Source of the DNA: Candidatus Limnocylindria bacterium
GTDB taxonomy: Bacteria > Chloroflexota > Limnocylindria > P2-11E
Length of the DNA stretch: 34,075 nucleotides
Direction: 5' to 3'
NCBI GenBank assembly: GCA_044866725.1
Contig: JBIOUD010000066.1
Span: 1 to 34,075, forward strand
Position 1 is the first letter of the stretch. Each line of letters starts with the position of its first letter. The notes below the pieces were generated by a model, which made no database searches, had not been told where the DNA came from, and saw nothing but the letters and a program-made list of their open reading frames with translations. Made by a program: the position numbers and the translations under genes. Positions 13,588 through 20,388 of this stretch are shown here, in pieces.

Positions 13588-14142
13588 CTACACGCGGTTG
13601 TCATAAATACGAACACCAAGAGCGCGGCTCATCGGGAGCGGCCACTCAAACGCATCTGGACGAGGCTGATCGCCCGTCCCACCAAGGAGGATGAGGAGTC
13701 CCGCGAACGTCCCGATCGGCGAGCCGACCCACAGCAGCCCGGCCGGCGATGGTGAGCCGGCGGTCGCGCTCGGACGTCGCGCGAGCGAGTCTGGGTGCGC
13801 GTCGTTGATGCCTGATTCCGTCACGGCGAGCCGGTAGTAGGTCGGCGGGCTCTGGGAGCGCTCGGCGATGCGAAGTCGGTATGTCTTCGGAATCTGCCAA
13901 TCCGAGACGAGCGAGCCGAGCACGTCCCGCGGATCATGACCGCGGTCCGAAGCGTCGTCGTCAGCGAAAGCACGAACGATCGCGACATCCCGTCGCTCCT
14001 CGATGCTCGTGAGGAGTGGGACCGCGGGATCACGCGCGCGGTACGAGCCCGCTAGCAGACGGGCGACGGTGCCGTCGGTATCGGGCGAGACGAGCCGAAA
14101 CTCGTGGAGCTCGAGACTGTGAGGGCGTTCAGCGATGGACAT
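13588..14142 (-). CDS. hypothetical protein with C-terminal TM helix
   Basis: ORF 13588..14163, with ATG 14142 (MSIAERPHSLELHEF) preferred. Protein-like composition and one hydrophobic segment (LLWVGSPIGTFAGLLILLGG). No family recognised. Confidence 0.5.
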   Translation of the reverse strand: MSIAERPHSLELHEFRLVSPDTDGTVARLLAGSYRARDPAVPLLTSIEERRDVAIVRAFADDDASDRGHDPRDVLGSLVSDWQIPKTYRLRIAERSQSPPTYYRLAVTESGINDAHPDSLARRPSATAGSPSPAGLLWVGSPIGTFAGLLILLGGTGDQPRPDAFEWPLPMSRALGVRIYDNRV

Positions 14143-14175
14143 GTCACGAGCATCGCCGCGCACCGAGGCGGTGTC

Positions 14176-14191
14176 ATGACACGAACGTCAT
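14176..14191. promoter_or_regulatory. ATGAC-N6-GTCAT palindrome, copy 5 (ATGACACGAACGTCAT)
   Basis: Exact arms, preceded by GTC (GTCATGAC). Lies in the divergent region between 13588..14142 (-) and 14176..14472 (+). Confidence 0.55.
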
Positions 14192-14472
14192 GGCGCGACC
14201 CGGATGACGGTTTTGTCATCCCCGCGCCGGGGTTGAAGCGTACGGTCGCACGCATGCTCGATGTCTATCTCTGGTTCTTCTCGGGCGTCGTGCTCGGTCT
14301 ATGCGTCATGGGTTTTATCGCGATCGCTTCGTTCGACCGTGGGGTCGACAGCGTGCGTCGCCGGGCTTGGGGCATCGAGCTGGCGGCTCGTCATGCGCTC
14401 GTTGCACGCCGCAGTGCGCATCTCGCGCCGGACGCGGTACAGACCAGGGAGCGTCACCGGATCGCGAGCTGA
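14176..14472 (+). CDS. small hypothetical membrane protein (72-98 aa depending on start)
   Basis: Frame of track ORF 14104..14472. One TM helix (YLWFFSGVVLGLCVMGFIAIASF). Candidate starts are ATG 14176 (inside palindrome 5) or ATG 14254. Third-position bias is moderate and there is no clear Shine-Dalgarno. Confidence 0.35.
   Translation: MTRTSWRDPDDGFVIPAPGLKRTVARMLDVYLWFFSGVVLGLCVMGFIAIASFDRGVDSVRRRAWGIELAARHALVARRSAHLAPDAVQTRERHRIAS
14204..14219. promoter_or_regulatory. ATGAC-N6-GTCAT palindrome, copy 6 (ATGACGGTTTTGTCAT)
   Basis: Exact arms. Its centre is 28 bp from the centre of copy 5. Confidence 0.55.
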
Positions 14473-14643
14473 CCAGCGATGCCAGCTCCGGATACGCGCG
14501 TCGCGCCGGAGATGTCTGGCTACACCCGCCGGCGACGATCGCGCGCACGACGCTCCAGACGTCGCCCAAACACTCCGCAGGCGGACCTTTGAGTTACCGA
14601 GCGCTGGAGGGGCTCCGTCCGCCGCGTTGAAATACCCGTGGAG

Positions 14644-14805
14644 TTAGCCGACGCGCAGACCGGCGAAAGCCAAGAACGCGGCGAGGACGACGAGGCCGAA
14701 GAGCGTCCAGAGCGCCTCAGGGCGCGTCAGCAGAGGTGGGCGAGCGGCGGGAAAGCCGTCCACCCAGTCTTCGTTCCGTGACTCGTCAACGACTGCTGTG
14801 GCCAT
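14644..14805 (-). CDS. 53-aa hypothetical membrane protein
   Basis: GGGAGGA Shine-Dalgarno 5 nt before ATG 14805. MATAVVDESRNEDWVDGFPAARPPLLTRPEALWTLFGLVVLAAFLAFAGLRVG has one C-terminal TM helix. The frame is also open from ATG 14868. Confidence 0.4.
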   Translation of the reverse strand: MATAVVDESRNEDWVDGFPAARPPLLTRPEALWTLFGLVVLAAFLAFAGLRVG

Positions 14806-14866
14806 CGTGTCCTCCCCGCCCCTGGAAAGGGCGGGCCAAATCGTCGGCTTTGCGCCGAGGTCGGTC

Positions 14867-14882
14867 ATGACGAAACCGTCAT
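14867..14882. promoter_or_regulatory. ATGAC-N6-GTCAT palindrome, copy 7 (ATGACGAAACCGTCAT)
   Basis: Exact arms, preceded by GTC. About 60-75 nt upstream of ATG 14805 and 50 nt downstream of the SnoaL-like gene's stop. Confidence 0.55.
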
Positions 14883-14932
14883 CCGCATGCGGCCATTTGT
14901 TCGATGCGAGATGACGGCCACGCGCACTGGCG

Positions 14933-15322
14933 TCAGCGCACTGGAGCGGGCGTCTGCTGGTGGAAGACCATCTTCCAGCCATCTGACCTGCGAACGTAGA
15001 TGCTTGCCATGAGTGCGTCGTACACGTGGGCGCCGCGCTTCGCGATCGCGCGGTACAGCACGAGGCGCCCGCCGCTGCCGACACGGAGCACGCGCGGGTC
15101 TTCGATCTTGTAGCTCGACCACGGCTTCTCCGCGCGCATCGCCGCGAGGCTCTCCTTCTTCGTCATCGCCGAGCCGGGAAACACCATCATCGCGTCGTCG
15201 GTCATGAGGTCCGCGTAGAAGGCCGCCCCGTTCGGCGTGCAGAGGGCGTCCCAGCCGCGCCGCTCGAGATCGATGATCTCTCGCTCGTCATAGACGGTCC
15301 GTCGATCGGCATCGTTGGTCAC
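14933..15322 (-). CDS. SnoaL-like / DUF4440 (NTF2-fold) protein
   Basis: 129 aa. EREIIDLERRGWDALCTPNGAAFYADLMTDDAMMVFPGS...YRAIAKRGAHVYDALMASIYVRRSDGWKMVFHQQTP matches the NTF2-like pattern. GTG start. Confidence 0.7.
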   Translation of the reverse strand: MTNDADRRTVYDEREIIDLERRGWDALCTPNGAAFYADLMTDDAMMVFPGSAMTKKESLAAMRAEKPWSSYKIEDPRVLRVGSGGRLVLYRAIAKRGAHVYDALMASIYVRRSDGWKMVFHQQTPAPVR

Positions 15323-15362
15323 CGTTCCTAGTCTGCAATAGCCGCACCGACCGACGCGCGGA

Positions 15363-15743
15363 CTAATTCAGCCGGCTGCGCTTCGCGGTGACCGCGAGAG
15401 ACTCGACGGCTTCGACGAAGCGGTCGAAGCGGAACGGCTTGCTCAGCGTCATCGAATGCGGTCCCCTCACGAGGTTTCGGGCCGGTCTGTTCCCATCGAC
15501 GATGAGCACCGGCACCTGTGACTCGAAGGCGCTCGAGTGGATCGCCTCGAGGACGACATCTCCTCTGGAACGTGGCGAGCGCAGATCGACGATGACCACG
15601 TCCAGCTCGGCTGTCAGCTGCCTCACGGCCTCCTGCCCGTTCCGGGCCTTCAGGACCTCATGTCCGCGCTCTCGCAGCAACTGCTCGTAGAGATCGAGCA
15701 GCGGCTCGTCATGCTCGACGGCGAGGATCTTCAGCGCCTGCAT
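15363..15743 (-). CDS. single-domain CheY-like response regulator
   Basis: Start taken at ATG 15743 (MQALKILAVEHDEPLL). Receiver landmarks DVVIVDLRSP and LSKPF. The 62-aa N-terminal extension in the track ORF has off-frame-like composition. Confidence 0.8.
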   Translation of the reverse strand: MQALKILAVEHDEPLLDLYEQLLRERGHEVLKARNGQEAVRQLTAELDVVIVDLRSPRSRGDVVLEAIHSSAFESQVPVLIVDGNRPARNLVRGPHSMTLSKPFRFDRFVEAVESLAVTAKRSRLN

Positions 15744-15969
15744 CTGGGCCCTTCCGATAACGATCGAGGTCCGCGTGACGTATCTCGGTAAAACGCATCC
15801 CACCGCTCTCACGCCAGGTGTGCGGCTCATCTCCGAGCGCGGCCGAGCAGTAGGCCCACCGCTGGCCGACGACGGTGAGATGGCCGTCGCCGTCGGGCAC
15901 CTTGCGCCCGGTGCGCAGGTGGTCCGCACCAACGCAAATGAGGTCGACGGGTACGTGGTCTTCCGGCAG
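15709..15969 (-). CDS. Cys/His mini-protein B, paralog of 10713..10928
   Basis: ...DLICVGADHLRTGRKVPDGDGHLTVVGQRWAYCSAALGDEPHTWRESGGMRFTEIRH... aligns with mini-protein A across the C-x4-H and WAYC-x8-H-x-W landmarks. The only canonical start (GTG 15900) would delete the first Cys/His pair. GGAGGT lies 8 nt before an in-frame CTG at 15969. The gene overlaps the CheY-like gene by 35 nt. Confidence 0.45.
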   Translation of the reverse strand: MPEDHVPVDLICVGADHLRTGRKVPDGDGHLTVVGQRWAYCSAALGDEPHTWRESGGMRFTEIRHADLDRYRKGPDAGAEDPRRRA

Positions 15970-16006
15970 CGCCGCTACCTCCGTCGAAGTACGAAAAGTT
16001 GACTCA

Positions 16007-16012
16007 ATTATA
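16007..16012 (-). promoter_or_regulatory. perfect TATAAT -10 box in an AT-rich patch, reading toward mini-protein B and the CheY-like gene
   Basis: The minus strand reads TTCTATAATTGAGTCAACTTTTCG. It is the only strongly AT-rich patch in this region (about 15985-16020), directly after the rlmB stop. I see no good -35. Confidence 0.45.
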
Positions 16013-16038
16013 GAAAACGATGCGGTCGCTCTGCGCGA

Positions 16039-17772
16039 TCACTCGGCCGGCTTCTTGCGCGGCGCACGCTTCGCGGCGGCGGGCTTCCTCGCACGCGGCG
16101 CGCGCTTCTTCGGTGCATCGGCGACCGCCTCGGGCTCGTCGGCTGTGTCCGCGCGCGCGTCAGCATCGGCAGCCCCCGCGCCGCTGCCGTCGTTCGCCTC
16201 CTCGTCGGCCGGCTCGTCGACGTTCACGTCGTCCACGCCATCCGATTCCGCGGGCGTGAGGACCTCGCCGTCATCGCGCTCCATCTGCTCGTCGAGCGGA
16301 TCGATCTCCGCCTCGTCCATCTCGCCTTCGGCGATCTCACCGAATGCCTCGTCCTGCGGCATGAGCGCCGCGGGCCGCTCCGGTCGCGGTGTGCGCGTGT
16401 CGGCCGGCGGCACGTTGCGCCGGCGCTGGCGAAGTGCTTCATAAAGGACGACCGTCCCGGCCGACGCGGCGTTGAGCGACGCGACATGTCCTTCCATCGG
16501 GATGCGCACCACCTGGTCGCAGCCTTCGAGCACGAGACGGCGGATGCCCTCGGCCTCGCCGCCGATGACGATCGCCGTCGGTCCGCGATAGTCGACCTCG
16601 TCGTAGAGGAGGTCGCCCGTCTCGTCGGTCGCGACGACCCAGATGCCCTTTTCCTTGAGCGCGTCGATAGCCTGCCGCAGGTTCGCGACCTCGGCGATCA
16701 TCAGGTGCTCGCTCGCGCCGGCCGATGTCTTCGCGACCGCGGGCGTGAGGCCCACGGCGCGATGCTTTGGAATGATCACGCCGTCGACGCCGGCGCCCTC
16801 CGACGAGCGCAGGAGCACGCCGAAGTTCTGCGGATCCTGCAGCGAGTCGATCGCGAGCACGAGAGCGGGTTGGCTGAGTCCGTCGAGGTGGTCGAGGAAC
16901 TCATCGAGCTCGACACCCTGCTTCCCCTCCGCGATCGCGACCACCCCCTGGTGGCTCTCGATCGGAGACAGCCGCGAGATCTCCATCGCGTCGACGTAGC
17001 GGACGAACACGCGTCGCTGCTGCGCCTCCAGGATGAGCTCGCTCACCGGCCCGGTCTGCGTGCCCCGCTCGTTCGAGATGAAGAGACGTTTGATGGTGCG
17101 GCCCGCGCGGATCGCCTCGAGCACGGCGTGCGGACCGGCGATCGGCTCACCCGCTTCGTGCGACGGCGCCGCGCCCGAGCGCGGCCCCGCGGTGACGCGA
17201 CGGATCTGCTCGGTGTACTGCGCGCCGGTGCCCGGACGGGGCCGGCGCATGCCCGACATCGGAGGCCGCCCGGCGCTCGGACCGCGGGAGCGGAATCCGC
17301 CGCCCGCGGGTCGGAACGCGCCGCCGATGCCGCCGGTGCGGAATCCACCGACCGGTGGCGCGGCCGGGCGTTGTCCCGCCACCCAGCCAGGTCCGCGGAA
17401 CGGTCCGGTGCGGCGCTGCGCCTGTTGCTGACGCCGCTCGTATGCGGCGAGCTCGCGCGCCTGCGAGGACTCTTCGTCGCTGGGACCGGGTGCGCCAGGT
17501 GCGCCCGGCAGACGGGGAGCGCCGGGTCCGCGCTGCGGCGGACCGCCGAAACGCTGGCCACCGCCGCGACCACGACGGCCGCGACGTCGACCGCGACTCG
17601 CGAAGTCACCGCCACCGAACGGACGCGGCATTCCTGTCCCGCCGTCGGGCGCGATGGGTCGTCCGCCCTGTGGATCGTCCGGGCCCGCCGCCGGCCGATC
17701 GGTCTGCGGGCCCTCCGCCTCGTTGCCCGCGTCGGGCTCGAACCGCTCTTCCTGTGACTCTTCCATCGTCAT
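16039..17772 (-). CDS. rlmB: TrmH/SpoU-family 23S rRNA 2'-O-methyltransferase (RlmB-like) with long low-complexity tails
   Basis: Core GPHAVLEAIRAGR...LVLAIDSLQDPQNFGVLLRSSEGAGVDGVIIP...IVIGGEAEGIRRL...IPMEGHVASLNAASAGTVVLYE. Conserved position after cysS. About 210-aa RG/P-rich N-tail and about 115-aa acidic-then-Lys/Arg C-tail. Confidence 0.85.
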   Translation of the reverse strand: MTMEESQEERFEPDAGNEAEGPQTDRPAAGPDDPQGGRPIAPDGGTGMPRPFGGGDFASRGRRRGRRGRGGGQRFGGPPQRGPGAPRLPGAPGAPGPSDEESSQARELAAYERRQQQAQRRTGPFRGPGWVAGQRPAAPPVGGFRTGGIGGAFRPAGGGFRSRGPSAGRPPMSGMRRPRPGTGAQYTEQIRRVTAGPRSGAAPSHEAGEPIAGPHAVLEAIRAGRTIKRLFISNERGTQTGPVSELILEAQQRRVFVRYVDAMEISRLSPIESHQGVVAIAEGKQGVELDEFLDHLDGLSQPALVLAIDSLQDPQNFGVLLRSSEGAGVDGVIIPKHRAVGLTPAVAKTSAGASEHLMIAEVANLRQAIDALKEKGIWVVATDETGDLLYDEVDYRGPTAIVIGGEAEGIRRLVLEGCDQVVRIPMEGHVASLNAASAGTVVLYEALRQRRRNVPPADTRTPRPERPAALMPQDEAFGEIAEGEMDEAEIDPLDEQMERDDGEVLTPAESDGVDDVNVDEPADEEANDGSGAGAADADARADTADEPEAVADAPKKRAPRARKPAAAKRAPRKKPAE

Positions 17773-19163
17773 GCTCCTTCGCGGTCCTCACGTTCCCAAC
17801 GCTGACCGTCCTTTGTGTCCTTGACGCGTATCCGGAACCGACGCCAGAGCTCGTCGCGGAGCTCGTCGGATCGCTTGAAGTCCTTGTTCGCGCGAGCCTT
17901 CTCGCGCTCGGCGAGGAGCGCCCGCGCATCCGCCGGCAGATCCGCGGCCGCCTCGGCGCGCTCGCGGAGCGAGAGCCCGAGCACGCGGTCCATATCGAAG
18001 AGCAGGCCGAGCGCGCGGCGCTTCGTCTGGGCGTCGCCGGTCGCCGCATGGCCGATCGCCGCCTCGGCCTGCGCGAGCGCGGCCGCCATGTTGAAGTCGT
18101 CGGCGATCGCTGCGCCGAAGGCCACGCGGATCGGATCGTCCTCGCGCGCCGGAGTGGCCTGCATGCCCGCGGACTGCCACGCCTCGGCGATGACGCCGCG
18201 CCACTTCTCGAGACGGCGGGCGGCGGCGTCGAGGCTCTCCCAGGTGAAGTCGACCCCCTTGCGGTAGCTCGTGCCGAGCGCGAGGAGCCGGAACGCGAGC
18301 GGGTCGATGCCGCGCTCCTCGATGTCCGCGAGCTTCAGAAAGCCTCCGGCCGACTTCGCCATCTTCGCGCTGTCGAGCTTGAGGAAGCGCGTGTGCATCC
18401 AGTAATTCGCGAACGGTTTGCCCGTCGCAGCCTCCGACTGGGCGATCTCGCACTCGTGATGCGGGAAGAGGTGGTCCTCACCGCCCGAGTGCATGTCGAA
18501 CGTCTCGCCGAGGTACTTCATCGACATCGCGGAGCACTCGATGTGCCATCCGGGGTTGCCGGACCCCCACGGCGAATCCCACTGCTGCAGATCCTCGGGC
18601 TTCGCCTTGCGCCACAGCGCGAAGTCGAAGGTGTTGCGCTTGTTCGGGTTGACCTCGACGCGCGCGCCGGCTTCACGCTGGTCGGGCGGTTCGGGGTTGA
18701 GGCGCGTGCCGTAGCCGGGGAACGTGCTCGTGTCGAAGTACACGCCGTCCGCGGCGACGTACGCGTGGCCCTTCGCGATGAGGCGCTCGATGAGCGCGAT
18801 CATCTCGGGGATGTGCTCGGTCGCTTTCGGGACGATGTGCGGCTCGAGGATGTTGAGCTTGCGGCGGTCGATGAAGAACTGCTTCGTGTAGCGCTCCGCG
18901 ATGACCAGCGGCTCGACGTGCTCGCGACGTGCGCCAACGGCCATCTTGTCCTCGCCGCCGACATCGGCGTCGCCGACGAGGTGACCGGCGTCCGTGATGT
19001 TCATCACGTGCTTCACGCGGTAGCCGAAGTACTCGAACGTCCGGCGCGCGACGTCGGCACTGAGATACGAGTAGAGGTTCCCGATGTGCTGGTAGTCGTA
19101 GACGGTCGGCCCGCAGTTGTACGTGCCGATCTCGCCGGGTACGCGCGCGTCGAACTCGCGCAC
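17769..19163 (-). CDS. cysS: cysteine--tRNA ligase
   Basis: CGPTVYDYQHIGNLYSY (HIGH region), KMAKSAGG (KMSKS) and overall class I CysRS similarity. Homology (AIKLYDSATRS) continues upstream of the GTG at 19163, so the true start is probably near 19217 (see finding). Confidence 0.9.
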   Translation of the reverse strand: MREFDARVPGEIGTYNCGPTVYDYQHIGNLYSYLSADVARRTFEYFGYRVKHVMNITDAGHLVGDADVGGEDKMAVGARREHVEPLVIAERYTKQFFIDRRKLNILEPHIVPKATEHIPEMIALIERLIAKGHAYVAADGVYFDTSTFPGYGTRLNPEPPDQREAGARVEVNPNKRNTFDFALWRKAKPEDLQQWDSPWGSGNPGWHIECSAMSMKYLGETFDMHSGGEDHLFPHHECEIAQSEAATGKPFANYWMHTRFLKLDSAKMAKSAGGFLKLADIEERGIDPLAFRLLALGTSYRKGVDFTWESLDAAARRLEKWRGVIAEAWQSAGMQATPAREDDPIRVAFGAAIADDFNMAAALAQAEAAIGHAATGDAQTKRRALGLLFDMDRVLGLSLRERAEAAADLPADARALLAEREKARANKDFKRSDELRDELWRRFRIRVKDTKDGQRWEREDREGA

Positions 19164-19231
19164 CGAACGGGTCGCGCTGTCGTAGAGCTTTATGGCGGTA
19201 CCGGTCTGGATCGGGATGAGCCTCTCCTTAG

Positions 19232-19702
19232 TTATTCGAGCTGCGCGATGGCAAGCGCGGCGATGGCCTCGCCAGCGCCGACGAGCCCGAGCCCGTCGTT
19301 GGTCGTCGCCTTGACGCTCACCTTGTCGACGTCGACCTCGAGCGTCCTGGCGATCGCTTCACGCATCGCCTGCACGTGCGGCGCGAGCCGCGGCTCCTGC
19401 GCGATGACCGTCGCGTCCAGCGAGCTGATCGCAAGACCACGCTCGCGCACCAGACCGCCGACCTTACGCGCCAGCTCCGTGCTGCGCGCACCCGCATACG
19501 CGGGATCGTCACTCGGGAAGTGCCGACCGATATCCCCGAGATTCGCCGCACCGAGGAGCGCGTCCATGAGTGCGTGTAAGAGGACGTCGCCGTCAGAGTG
19601 ACCGGTGCAACCCTTCGGGTGTTCGATCGCGACACCGCCGAGAACGAGCCGGCGACCCTTCGCGAGACGATGGATATCGTAGCCGATGCCCGCCCGCGTC
19701 AT
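19232..19702 (-). CDS. ispF: 2-C-methyl-D-erythritol 2,4-cyclodiphosphate synthase
   Basis: MTRAGIGYDIHRL...GHSDGDVLLHALMDALLGA...ATTNDGLG. ATGA overlap with the ispD stop. The longer track ORF (to 19933) is an upstream shadow. Confidence 0.9.
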   Translation of the reverse strand: MTRAGIGYDIHRLAKGRRLVLGGVAIEHPKGCTGHSDGDVLLHALMDALLGAANLGDIGRHFPSDDPAYAGARSTELARKVGGLVRERGLAISSLDATVIAQEPRLAPHVQAMREAIARTLEVDVDKVSVKATTNDGLGLVGAGEAIAALAIAQLE

Positions 19703-20388
19703 GGCACGAGCGCGGGGAAGCCCGCAAGGCCCTTCGCGACGAGCTCCCGCGCGTAGGCGAGGTCCTCGAGCGTCGTGATCTTCAGATTGCGCCGCTCCCC
19801 CAGCACCATCTTCGGCCGGACGCCCGCGGCGACGAGGGCCGCGGCGTCGTCGCCGAACGAGCGGTCGCCGGCCGCCGAGCGCGCGCGCTCGAGCAGCTCG
19901 CGGCGGAAGACCTGCGGGGTCTGCGCGGACCAAAGGCCCTCGCGCTCGACCTCTTCGACTGCGGCGCCTGCCTCATCGGCACGGCGTACGGTGTCGGCGA
20001 GCGGCAGGCCCGCGACGGCGGTTCCGCCGGCCGCCGCGATCTCGACGCATCGCGCGAAGAGGCTCGGCGGGACAAAAGGGCGGGCCGCGTCGTGGATCGC
20101 GATCACGTCCGCATCCTTCGCCGCGTCGAGCGCGGCCCACGACGAGGCTGTGCGCGTCGCACCGCCCGGCACCACCCGCGCGCTCGGGAGCCGCTCGCGG
20201 ACGACGCGCGCGATCTGATCCAGGTTGGCGTTCTGGGCGACGACGATCACGTCGTCGAAGCAGCGCGCGGCCACGCCGGACGCGAGTGACCACGCGAGGA
20301 CCGGCTGGCCGCCGAGATCGGCCAGCACCTTGTCCACGCCGGCGCGGGTCGCGCTACCGGCGGCGAGGATCGCAAGGGCGCGACGCAT
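19699..20388 (-). CDS. ispD: 2-C-methyl-D-erythritol 4-phosphate cytidylyltransferase
   Basis: AILAAGSATRAGVDKV...IHDAARPF...TPQVF motifs. Conserved ispD-ispF adjacency. Confidence 0.9.
   Translation of the reverse strand: MRRALAILAAGSATRAGVDKVLADLGGQPVLAWSLASGVAARCFDDVIVVAQNANLDQIARVVRERLPSARVVPGGATRTASSWAALDAAKDADVIAIHDAARPFVPPSLFARCVEIAAAGGTAVAGLPLADTVRRADEAGAAVEEVEREGLWSAQTPQVFRRELLERARSAAGDRSFGDDAAALVAAGVRPKMVLGERRNLKITTLEDLAYARELVAKGLAGFPALVP

Noticed and set aside
15744-15932. N-terminal 62-aa extension of the CheY-like regulator in the track ORF
   Set aside because: The receiver domain begins at MQALKILAVEHDE. The extension (MVRTTCAPGARCPTATAISPSS...) has off-frame composition. The alternative frame here encodes mini-protein B, which has a paralog elsewhere in the window.
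17355-19601. 748-aa plus-strand ORF across rlmB/cysS/ispF
   Set aside because: Antisense to three conserved housekeeping genes. Composition is typical of a GC-rich shadow frame.
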